This document shows positions 48,801 to 59,142 of a stretch of 64,000 nt of DNA, piece by piece (position 1 is the first letter of the stretch; each line of letters opens with the position of its first letter). This DNA is from Eledone cirrhosa (Eukaryota). The notes under the pieces were generated by a model. That model made no database searches and was not told the DNA's origin. It worked only from the letters and a program-made list of their open reading frames with translations. The position numbers and the translations under genes were made by a program. The stretch is taken from NCBI GenBank assembly GCA_964016885.1, contig OZ024743.1, forward strand, positions 139,066,001 through 139,130,000, in the 5' to 3' direction.

Positions 48801-51800
48801 CTGGTGTTTCGTGCTTGGTGCTTAGTGCTTGGTGTTTGGTGCTTGGTGTTTGGTGTTTGGTACTTGGTACTTGGTGTTTGGTGCTTGGTGCCTGGTGCTT
48901 GGTGTTTGGTGCTTGGTGCTTGGTGTTTGGTGATTGGTGCTTGGTGTTTGGTGATTGGTGCTTGATGCTTGGTGCTTGGTGTTAGGTGTTAGGTGCTTGG
49001 TGCTTGGTGTTTGATGTTTGGTCCTTGGTGCTTGGTGTTTGGTGTTTGGTGCTTGGTGCTTGTTGTTTGGTGTTTGGTGCTTGCTGCTTGCTGCCTGGTG
49101 TTTGTTTCTTGGTGTTTTGTGCTTGATGCTTGGTGTTTGTTGTTTGGTGCTAGGGGCTTAGTGCTTGGTGCTTGGTGTTTGGTGCTTGGTGTTTGGTGCT
49201 TGGTGTTTGGTGCTTGGTGTTTGGGGCTTGGTGTTCGGTGCTTGGTGCCTGGTGCTTGGGGCTTGGTGTTTGGTGTTTGGTGCTTGGTGCTTGGTGTTTG
49301 ATGTTGGGTCCTTGGTGCTTGGTGTTTGGTGTTTGGTGCTTGGTGTTTGGTGTTTGGTGCTTGGTGCTTGGTGTTGGTGTTTGGTGCTTGGTGCTTGGGG
49401 CTTGGTGTTTGGTGCTTGGTGCTTGGTGTTTGGTGTTTGGTGCTTGGTGCTTGGGGCTTGGTGTTTGGTGCTTGGTGCTTTGTGCTTGGTGTTTAGTGTT
49501 TGGTGTTTGGTGCTTGGTGTTTGGTGCTTGGTGCTTGGTGCTGGGTGGTTGGTGTTTGGTGCTTGGTGCTTGGTGTTTGGTGCTTGGTGCTTGGTGCTTG
49601 GTGCTTGGTCTTTGGTGCTTGGAGTTTGGTGGTTGGTGCTTGGTGCATGGTGTTTGGTGTTTGGTGTTTGCTGTTTGGTGTCTGCTTTTTGGTATTTAGT
49701 GTTTGCTGTATGGTGTTTGCTGTTTCGTATTTGGTGCTTGGTGTTTGGTGCTTGGTGCTTGGTGTTTGGCGTTTGGTGCTTGGTGCTTGGTGTTTGGTGC
49801 TTGGTGCTTGGTGTTTGGTGTTTGGTGCTTGGTGCCTGGTGCTTGTTGTTTGGTGTTTGGTGCTTGGTGCTTGGTGTTTGGTGTTTGGTGCTTGGTGTCT
49901 GGTGTTTGGTGCTTGGTGTTTGGTGTTTGGTGCTTGGTGCTTGGTGTTGGTGTTTGGTGTTTGCTGCTTGGTGCTTGGTGTTTGGTGTTTGGTGCTGGGT
50001 GCTTGGAGTTTGGCGCTTGGTGTTTGGTGCTTAGTGCTTGGTGTTTGGTGTTTGGTGCTTGCTGTTTGGTGTTTGGTGTTTGATGCTTGGTTTTTGCTGC
50101 TTGTTGCTTGGTGCTTGGTGCTTGGTGTTCTGTGTTTGGTGCTTGGTGCCTGGTGCTTGGTGCTTGGTGCTTGTTGTTTGGTGCTTGGTGCTTGGTGATT
50201 AGTGTTTAGGTGCTTGGTGCTTGGTGTTTGGTGTTTCGTGTTTCGTGCTTGGTGTCTAGTGTTTGGGTTTTGGTGTTTGGTGCTTGGTGCTTAGTGTTTG
50301 GTGTTTGTGCTCGGTGCTTGGTGTTTGGTGTTTGGTGCTTGGTATTTGGTGCTTGGTGCTTTGTGCTTGCTGTTTGGTGCTGGGTGTATGGTGTTTGGTG
50401 CTTGGTGCTTGGTGCTTGGTGTTTGGTGTTTGGTGCTTGGTACTTGGTGTTTGGTGTTTGATGCTTGGTGTTTGATGCTTGTTGCTTGGTGCTTGATGTT
50501 TTGTGTTTGGTGTTTGGTGCTTGGTGTATGTACTTGGTGCTTGGTGCTTGGTGTTTGGTGCTTGGTTCTTGGTGCTTGGTGCTTGGTGCTTGGTGTTTGG
50601 TGCTTGGTGCTTGGTGTTTGGTGCTTGGTGTTTGGTGTTTGGTGCTTGGTGTTTGGTACTTGGTGCTTGGTGCTTGGTGTTAAGTGTTTGGTGCTTGGTG
50701 CTTGGTGTTTGGTGCTTCGTGCTTGGTGCTTGGTGTTTGGTGGATGGTGCTTGGTGTTTGGGGCTTGGTGCCTGGTGCTTTGTGTTTGGTGCTAGGTGCT
50801 TGGTGCTTGGTCTTCGGTGTTTGGTGCTTGGTGCTTGGTGCTTGGTGTTTGGTGCTTGGTGCTTGGTGCTTGGTTATTAGTGTTTGGTGCTTGGTGCTTG
50901 GGGTTTGGTGTTTGGTGCTTGGTGCTTTGTGTTTGGTGTTTGCTGTATGGTGTTTGCTGTTTCGTGTTTGGTGTTTGCTGTTTGGTGTTTAATGCTTGGT
51001 GCTTGGTGCTTGGTGTTTGGTGCTTGGTGCTTGGTGCTTGGTGTTTGGCGTTTGCTCTTTGCTGTTTGGTGTTTGGTGCTTGCTGTTTGGTGTTTGGTGT
51101 TTGGTGTTTGGTGTTTGGTGCTTGCTATTTGGTGCTTGGTGCTTGGTGTTTGGTGTTTGGTGCTTGGTGTGTGGTGTTAAGTGTTTGGTGCTTGGTGCTT
51201 GGTGTTTGGTGCTTCGTGCTTGGTGCTTGGTGTTTGGTGCATGGTGCTTGGGGTTTGGCGCTTGGTGCCTGGTGCTTTGTGTTTGGTGCTAGGTGCTTGG
51301 TGCTTGGTGTTTGGTGCTTGGTGCTTGGTGCTTGGTTATTAGTGTTTGGTGCTTGGTGCTTGGGGTTTGGTGTTTGGTGCTTGGTGCTTGGTGTTTGATG
51401 TTGGGTCCTTGGTGCTTGGTGTTTGGTGTTTGGTGCTTGGTGTTTGGTGTTTGGTGCTTGGTGCTTGGTGTTGGTGTTTGGTGCTTGGTGCTTGGGGCTT
51501 GGTGTTTGGTGCTTGGTGCTTGGTGTTTGGTGTTTGGTGCTTGGTGCTTGGGGCTTGGTGTTTGGTGCTTGGTGCTTTGTGCTTGGTGTTTAGTGTTTGG
51601 TGTTTGGTGCTTGGTGTTTGGTGCTTGGTGCTTGGTGCTGGGTGGTTGGTGTTTGGTGCTTGGTGCTTGGTGTTTGGTGCTTGGTGCTTGGTCTTTGGTG
51701 CTTGGAGTTTGGTGGTTGGTGCTTGGTGCATGGTGTTTGGTGTTTGGTGTTTGCTGTTTGGTGTCTGCTTTTTGGTATTTAGTGTTTGCTGTATGGTGTT

Positions 51801-52842
51801 TGCTGTTTCGTATTTGGTGCTTGGTGTTTGGTGCTTGGTGCTTGGTGTTTGGCGTTTGGTGCTTGGTGCTTGGTGTTTGGTGCTTGGTGCTTGGTGTTTG
51901 GTGTTTGGTGCTTGGTGCCTGGTGCTTGTTGTTTGGTGTTTGGTGCTTGGTGCTTGGTGTTTGGTGTTTGGTGCTTGGTGTCTGGTGTTTGGTGCTTGGT
52001 GTTTGGTGTTTGGTGCTTGGTGCTTGGTGTTGGTGTTTGGTGTTTGCTGCTTGGTGCTTGGTGTTTGGTGTTTGGTGCTGGGTGCTTGGAGTTTGGTGCT
52101 TGGTGTTTGGTGCTTAGTGCTTGGTGTTTGGTGTTTGGTGCTTGCTGTTTGGTGTTTGGTGTTTGATGCTTGGTTTTTGCTGCTTGTTGCTTGGTGCTTG
52201 GTGCTTGGTGTTCTGTGTTTGGTGCTTGGTGCTTGGTGCCTGGTGCTTGGTGCTTGGTGCTTGTTGTTTGGTGCTTGGTGCTTGGTGATTAGTGTTTGGT
52301 GCTTGGTGCTTGGTGTTTGGTGTTTAGTGTTTCGTGCTTGGTGTCTAGTGTTTGGGTTTTGGTGTTTGGTGCTTGGTGCTTAGTGTTTGGTGTTTGTGCT
52401 CGGTGCTTGGTGTTTGGCGTTTGGTGCTTGGTATTTGGTGCTTGGTGCTTTGTGCTTGCTGTTTGGTGCTGGGTGTATGGTGTTTGGTGCTTGGTGCTTG
52501 GTGCTTGGTGTTTGGTGTTTGGTGCTTGGTACTTGGTGTTTGGTGTTTGATGCTTGGTGTTTGATGCTTGTTGCTTGGTGCTTGATGTTTTGTGTTTGGT
52601 GTTTGGTGCTTGGTGTATGTACTTGGTGCTTGGTGCTTGGTGTTTGGTGCTTGGTTCTTGGTGCTTGGTGCTTGGTGCTTGGTGTTTGGTGCTTGGTGCT
52701 TGGTGTTTGGTGCTTGGTGTTTGGTGTTTGGTGCTTGGTGTTTGGTACTTGGTGCTTGGTGCTTGGTGTTAAGTGTTTGGTGCTTGGTGCTTGGTGTTTG
52801 GTGCTTCGTGCTTGGTGCTTGGTGTTTGGTGGATGGTGCTTG
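39269..52842 (+). repeat. Tandem duplication of a ~6.8 kb higher-order block (offset 6793, then 6786, then 6772)
   Basis: ORF pairs 39317/46110, 40463/47256, 41420/48213 and 42910/49703 (6793), 43424/50210 and 44507/51293 (6786), 45014/51786 and 45820/52592 (6772). A few point differences exist, e.g. A40824 vs C47617. Confidence 0.93.
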
Positions 52843-53480
52843 GTGTTTGGGGCTTGGTGCCTGGTGCTTTGTGTTTGGTGCTAGGTGCTTGGTGCTTGGT
52901 CTTCGGTGTTTGGTGCTTGGTGCTTGGTGCTTGGTGTTTGGTGCTTGGTGCTTGGTGCTTGGTTATTAGTGTTTGGTGCTTGGTGCTTGGGGTTTGGTGT
53001 TTGGTGCTTGGTGCTTTGTGTTTGGTGTTTGCTGTATGGTGTTTGCTGTTTCGTGTTTGGTGTTTGCTGTTTGGTGTTTAATGCTTGGTGCTTGGTGCTT
53101 GGTGTTTGGTGCTTGGTGCTTGGTGCTTGGTGTTTGGCGTTTGCTCTTTGCTGTTTGGTGTTTGGTGCTTGCTGTTTGGTGTTTGGTGTTTGGTGTTTGG
53201 TGTTTGGTGCTTGCTATTTGGTGCTTGGTGCTTGGTGTTTGGTGTTTGGTGCTTGGTGTGTGGTGTTAAGTGTTTGGTGCTTGGTGCTTGGTGTTTGGTG
53301 CTTCGTGCTTGGTGCTTGGTGTTTGGTGCATGGTGCTTGGTGTTTGGCGCTTGGTGCCTGGTGCTTTGTGTTTGGTGCTAGGTGCTTGGTGCTTGGTGTT
53401 TGGTGCTTGGTGCTTGGTGCTTGGTTATTAGTGTTTGGTGCTTGGTGCTTGGGGTTTGGTGTTTGGTGCTTGGTGCTTGG
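42480..53480 (+). repeat. Nested ~2.1 kb sub-repeat (copies ~42480-44590, 44590-46070 partial, 49280-51380, 51380-53480)
   Basis: ORF pairs 42707/44811 and 42910/45014 (2104), 43477/45580 (2103), 50263/52352 and 50996/53085 (2089). Confidence 0.85.
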
Positions 53481-54202
53481 TGTTTGGTGTTTGCTGTATG
53501 GTGTTTGCTGTTTCGTGTTTGGTGTTTGCTGTTTGGTGTTTAATGCTTGGTGCTTGGTGCTTGGTGTTTGGTGCTTGGTGCTTGGTGCTTGGTGTTTGGC
53601 GTTTGCTCTTTGCTGTTTGGTGTTTGGTGCTTGCTGTTTGGTGTTTGGTGTTTGGTGTTTGGTGTTTGGTGCTTGCTGTTTGGTGCTTGGTGCTTGGTGT
53701 TTGGTCTTTGGTGTTTGGTGCTTGGTGCTTGGTGTTTGGTGCTTGGTGCTTGGTGCTTGGTGCTGGGTGTTTGGTGCTTGGTGCTTGGTGTTTGGTGCTT
53801 GGTGCTTGATGCTTGGTGCTTGGTGTTTGGTCCTTGGTGCTTGGTGCTTGGTCTTTGGTACTTGGGGTTTGGTGTTTGGTGCTTGGTGCTTGGTGTTTGG
53901 TGCTTGGTGCTTGGTGCTTGGTGTTTGGTGTTTGGTGCTTGCTGCTTGGTGCTTGGTGTTTGGTGCTTGGTGCTTGGTGATTAGTGTTTGGTGCATGGTG
54001 CTTGGTGTTTGTTGTTTGGTGCTTGGTGCTTGGTGTTTGGTGCTTGGTGCTTGCTGTTTGGTGTTTAGTGTTTGGTGCTTGGTGCTTGGTGTTTGGTGTT
54101 TGGTGTTTGGTGTTTGGTGCTTGGTGCTTGGTGTTTGGAGCTTGGTGTTTGGTGCTTGGTGTATGTACTTGGTGCTTGGTGCTTGGTGTTTGGTGCTTGG
54201 TT

Positions 54203-57200
54203 CTTGGTGTTTGGTGCTTGGTGCTTGGTGCTTGGTGTTTGGTGCTTGGTGCTTGGTGTTTGGTACTTGGTGCTTGGTGTTTGGTGTTTGGTGTTTGGTG
54301 TTTGGTGCTTGGTGCTTGGTGCTTGGTGTTAAGTGTTTGGTGCTTGGTGCTTGGTGTTTGGTGCTTCGTGCTTGGTGCTTGGTGTTTGGTGCATGGTGCT
54401 TGATGTTTGGGGCTTGGTGCCTGGTGCTTGGTGTTTGGTGCTTGGTGCTTGGTGCTTGGTGTTTGGTGTTTGGTGCTTGGTGCTTGGTGTTTGGTGCTTG
54501 GTGCTTGGTGCTTGGTGTTCGGTGCTTGGTGCTAGGTGCTTGGTACTTGGTGTTAGGTTTTTGGTGCTTGGGGCTTGGTGTTTGATGTTTGGTCCTTGGT
54601 GCTTGGTGTTTGGTGTTTGGTGCTTGGTGCTTGGTGCTTGGTGTTTCGTGTTTGGTGCTTGCTGCTTGCTGCTTGGTGTTTGGTGCTTGGTGATTGGTGC
54701 TTGGTGTTTGGTGCTTGGTGGTTGGTGCTTGGTGTTTGGTGTTTGGTGCTAGGTGCTTGGTGCTTGGTGTTTGGTGCTTGGTGCTTGGTGTTTGGTGTTT
54801 GATGCTTGGTGCTTGGGGCTTGGTGTTTGGTGCTTGCTGCTTGGTGTTTGGTGCTTGCTGCTTGGTGTTTGTTGTTTGGTGTTTGGTGCTTGGTGTTTGG
54901 TGCTTGGTGCTTGGTGCTGGGTGGTTGATGTTTGGTGCTTGGTGCTTGGTGTTTGGTGCTTGGTGCTTGGTGCTTATTGTTTGGTGCTTGGTGCTTGGTG
55001 CTTGGTGCTTGGTCTTTGGTGCTTGGTGTTTGGTGTTTGGTGTTTGGTGTTTGTGCTTGGTGCTTGGTGCTTGGTGTTTGGTGCTAGGTGCTTAACGCTT
55101 GGTGTTTGGTGCTTGGTGCTTGGTGCTTGGTGATTAGTGTTTGGTGATTGGTGCTTGGGGTTTGGTGTTTTGTGTTTGCTGTTTGGTGTATGCGGTTTGG
55201 TGTCTGCTTTTTGGTGTTTGGTGTTTGCTGTATGGTGTTTGCTGTTTTGTGTTTCGTGTTTGCTGTTTGGTGTTTGGTGCTTGGTGCTTGGTGCTTGGTG
55301 TTTGGTGCTTGGTGCTTGGTGCTTGGTGTTTGGCGTTTGCTGTTTGCTGTTTGGTGTTTGGTGTTTGCTGTTTGGTGTTTGCTGTTTGGTGTTTGGTGCT
55401 TGGTGCTTGGTGGCTGGTGTTCGGCGCTTGGTGTTTGGATTTTGGTCCTTGGTGCTTGGTGCTTGGTGTTTGGTGTTTGGTATTTGGTGCTTGGTGCTTG
55501 GTGCTTGGTGTTTGGTGGTTGGTGCTTGGTGCTTGGTGTTTAATGCTGCGTGCTTGGTGTTTGGTGTTTGGTGCTTGGTGCTTGGTGTTTGGTGATTGGA
55601 GCTTGGTGCCTGGTGCTTGTTGTTTGGTGCCTGGTGCTTGTTGTTTGGTGTTTGGTGCTTGGTGCTTGGTGTTTGGTGCTTGGTGCTTGGTGCTTGATGT
55701 TTGGTGCTTGGTGCTTGGTGTTTGGTGCTTGGTGCTTGGTGCTTGGTGCTTGGTGTTAGGTGTTTGGTGCTTGGTGCTTGGTGTTTGATGTTTGGTCCTT
55801 GGTGCTTGGTGTTTGGTGTTTGGTGGTTGGTGCTTGGTGTTTGGTGTTTTGTGTTTGGAGTTTGGTGCTTGGTGTTTGGTGCTTCGGGCTTGGTGCTTGG
55901 TGTTTGGTGCTTGGTGCTTGGTGTTTGGTGCTTGGTGCCTGGTGCTTGGTGTTTGGTGCTTGGTGCTTGGTGTTTGGTGATTGGTGCTTGGTGTTTGGTG
56001 CTTGGTGCTTGGTGCCTGGTGCTTGGTGTTAGGTGTTTGGTGCTTGGTGCTTGGTGTTTGATGTTTGGTCCTTGGTGCTTGGTGTTTGGTGTTTGGTGCT
56101 TGGTGTTTGGTGTTTGGTGTTTGGTGCTTGGTGCTTGGTGTTTGGTGCTTGCTGCCTGCTGCATGGGTTTTGGTGCTTGGTGATTGGTGCTTGGTGTTTT
56201 GCGCTTGGTGCTTGGTGTTTGGTGTTTGGTGTTTGGTGCTTGGTGCTTGGTGCTTGGTGCTTGGTGTTTGGTGCTGCGTGCTTGGTGTTTGGTGTCTGGA
56301 GTTTGGTGCTTGGTGCTTGGTGCCTGGTGTTTCGTGCTTGGTGCTTGGTGCTTGGTGTTTGGTGTTTGGTGCTTGGTGTTTGGTGCTTGGTGCCTGGTGC
56401 TTGGTGTTTGGTGCTTGGAGCTTGGTGTTTGGTGATTGGTGCTTGGTGTTTGGTGATTGGTGCTTGATGCTTGGTTCTTGGCGTTAGGTGTTTGGTGCTT
56501 GGTGCTTGGTGTTTGATGTTTGGTCCTTGGTGCTTGGTGTTTGGTGTTTGGTGCTTGGTGCTTGTTGTTTGGTGTTTGGTGCTTGCTGCTTGCTGCTTGG
56601 TGTTTGGTGCTTGGTGTTTTGTGCTTGATGCTTGGTGTTTGTTGTTTGGTGCTAGGGGCTTAGTGCTTGGTGCTTGGTGTTTGGTGCTTGGTGCTTGGTG
56701 CTTGGTGTTTGGTGCTTGGTGCTTGGTGTTTGGTACTTGGTGCTTGGTGTTTGGTGTTTGGTGTTTGGTGTTTGGTGCTTGGTGCTTGGTGCTTGGTGTT
56801 AAGTGTTTGGTGCTTGGTGCTTGGTGTTTGGTGCTTCGTGCTTGGTGCTTGGTGTTTGGTGCATGGTGCTTGATGTTTGGGGCTTGGTGCCTGGTGCTTG
56901 GTGTTTGGTGCTTGGTGCTTGGTGCTTGGTGTTTGGTGTTTGGTGCTTGGTGCTTGGTGTTTGGTGCTTGGTGCTTGGTGCTTGGTGTTCGGTGCTTGGT
57001 GCTAGGTGCTTGGTACTTGGTGTTAGGTTTTTGGTGCTTGGGGCTTGGTGTTTGATGTTTGGTCCTTGGTGCTTGGTGTTTGGTGTTTGGTGCTTGGTGC
57101 TTGGTGCTTGGTGTTTCGTGTTTGGTGCTTGCTGCTTGCTGCTTGGTGTTTGGTGCTTGGTGATTGGTGCTTGGTGTTTGGTGCTTGGTGGTTGGTGCTT

Positions 57201-59142
57201 GGTGTTTGGTGTTTGGTGCTAGGTGCTTGGTGCTTGGTGTTTGGTGCTTGGTGCTTGGTGTTTGGTGTTTGATGCTTGGTGCTTGGGGCTTGGTGTTTGG
57301 TGCTTGCTGCTTGGTGTTTGGTGCTTGCTGCTTGGTGTTTGTTGTTTGGTGTTTGGTGCTTGGTGTTTGGTGCTTGGTGCTTGGTGCTGGGTGGTTGATG
57401 TTTGGTGCTTGGTGCTTGGTGTTTGGTGCTTGGTGCTTGGTGCTTATTGTTTGGTGCTTGGTGCTTGGTGCTTGGTGCTTGGTCTTTGGTGCTTGGTGTT
57501 TGGTGTTTGGTGTTTGGTGTTTGTGCTTGGTGCTTGGTGCTTGGTGTTTGGTGCTAGGTGCTTAACGCTTGGTGTTTGGTGCTTGGTGCTTGGTGCTTGG
57601 TGATTAGTGTTTGGTGATTGGTGCTTGGGGTTTGGTGTTTTGTGTTTGCTGTTTGGTGTATGCGGTTTGGTGTCTGCTTTTTGGTGTTTGGTGTTTGCTG
57701 TATGGTGTTTGCTGTTTTGTGTTTCGTGTTTGCTGTTTGGTGTTTGGTGCTTGGTGCTTGGTGCTTGGTGTTTGGTGCTTGGTGCTTGGTGCTTGGTGTT
57801 TGGCGTTTGCTGTTTGCTGTTTGGTGTTTGGTGTTTGCTGTTTGGTGTTTGCTGTTTGGTGTTTGGTGCTTGGTGCTTGGTGGCTGGTGTTCGGCGCTTG
57901 GTGTTTGGATTTTGGTCCTTGGTGCTTGGTGCTTGGTGTTTGGTGTTTGGTATTTGGTGCTTGGTGCTTGGTGCTTGGTGTTTGGTGGTTGGTGCTTGGT
58001 GCTTGGTGTTTAATGCTGCGTGCTTGGTGTTTGGTGTTTGGTGCTTGGTGCTTGGTGTTTGGTGATTGGAGCTTGGTGCCTGGTGCTTGTTGTTTGGTGC
58101 CTGGTGCTTGTTGTTTGGTGTTTGGTGCTTGGTGCTTGGTGTTTGGTGCTTGGTGCTTGGTGCTTGATGTTTGGTGCTTGGTGCTTGGTGTTTGGTGCTT
58201 GGTGCTTGGTGCTTGGTGCTTGGTGTTAGGTGTTTGGTGCTTGGTGCTTGGTGTTTGATGTTTGGTCCTTGGTGCTTGGTGTTTGGTGTTTGGTGGTTGG
58301 TGCTTGGTGTTTGGTGTTTTGTGTTTGGAGTTTGGTGCTTGGTGTTTGGTGCTTCGGGCTTGGTGCTTGGTGTTTGGTGCTTGGTGCTTGGTGTTTGGTG
58401 CTTGGTGCCTGGTGCTTGGTGTTTGGTGCTTGGTGCTTGGTGTTTGGTGATTGGTGCTTGGTGTTTGGTGCTTGGTGCTTGGTGCCTGGTGCTTGGTGTT
58501 AGGTGTTTGGTGCTTGGTGCTTGGTGTTTGATGTTTGGTCCTTGGTGCTTGGTGTTTGGTGTTTGGTGCTTGGTGTTTGGTGTTTGGTGTTTGGTGCTTG
58601 GTGCTTGGTGTTTGGTGCTTGCTGCCTGCTGCATGGGTTTTGGTGCTTGGTGATTGGTGCTTGGTGTTTTGCGCTTGGTGCTTGGTGTTTGGTGTTTGGT
58701 GTTTGGTGCTTGGTGCTTGGTGCTTGGTGCTTGGTGTTTGGTACTGCGTGCTTGGTGTTTGGTGTCTGGAGTTTGGTGCTTGGTGCTTGGTGCCTGGTGT
58801 TTCGTGCTTGGTGCTTGGTGCTTGGTGTTTGGTGTTTGGTGCTTGGTGTTTGGTGCTTGGTGCCTGGTGCTTGGTGTTTGGTGCTTGGAGCTTGGTGTTT
58901 GGTGATTGGTGCTTGGTGTTTGGTGATTGGTGCTTGATGCTTGGTTCTTGGCGTTAGGTGTTTGGTGCTTGGTGCTTGGTGTTTGATGTTTGGTCCTTGG
59001 TGCTTGGTGTTTGGTGTTTGGTGCTTGGTGCTTGTTGTTTGGTGTTTGGTGCTTGCTGCTTGCTGCTTGGTGTTTGGTGCTTGGTGTTTTGTGCTTGATG
59101 CTTGGTGTTTGTTGTTTGGTGCTAGGGGCTTAGTGCTTGGTG
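54203..59142 (+). repeat. Two-copy tandem duplication of a 2,470-bp block
   Basis: ORF pairs 54333/56803, 54974/57444, 55701/58171 and 56471/58941 are all offset by 2470. I noticed one difference, G56273 vs A58743 (FGAACL vs FGTACL). Confidence 0.95.

Noticed and set aside
4748-59142. Long direct repeats as LTRs or a mobile element
   Set aside because: The repeats are head-to-tail blocks of the same satellite with no internal coding region, terminal motifs, target-site duplications or inverted repeats.
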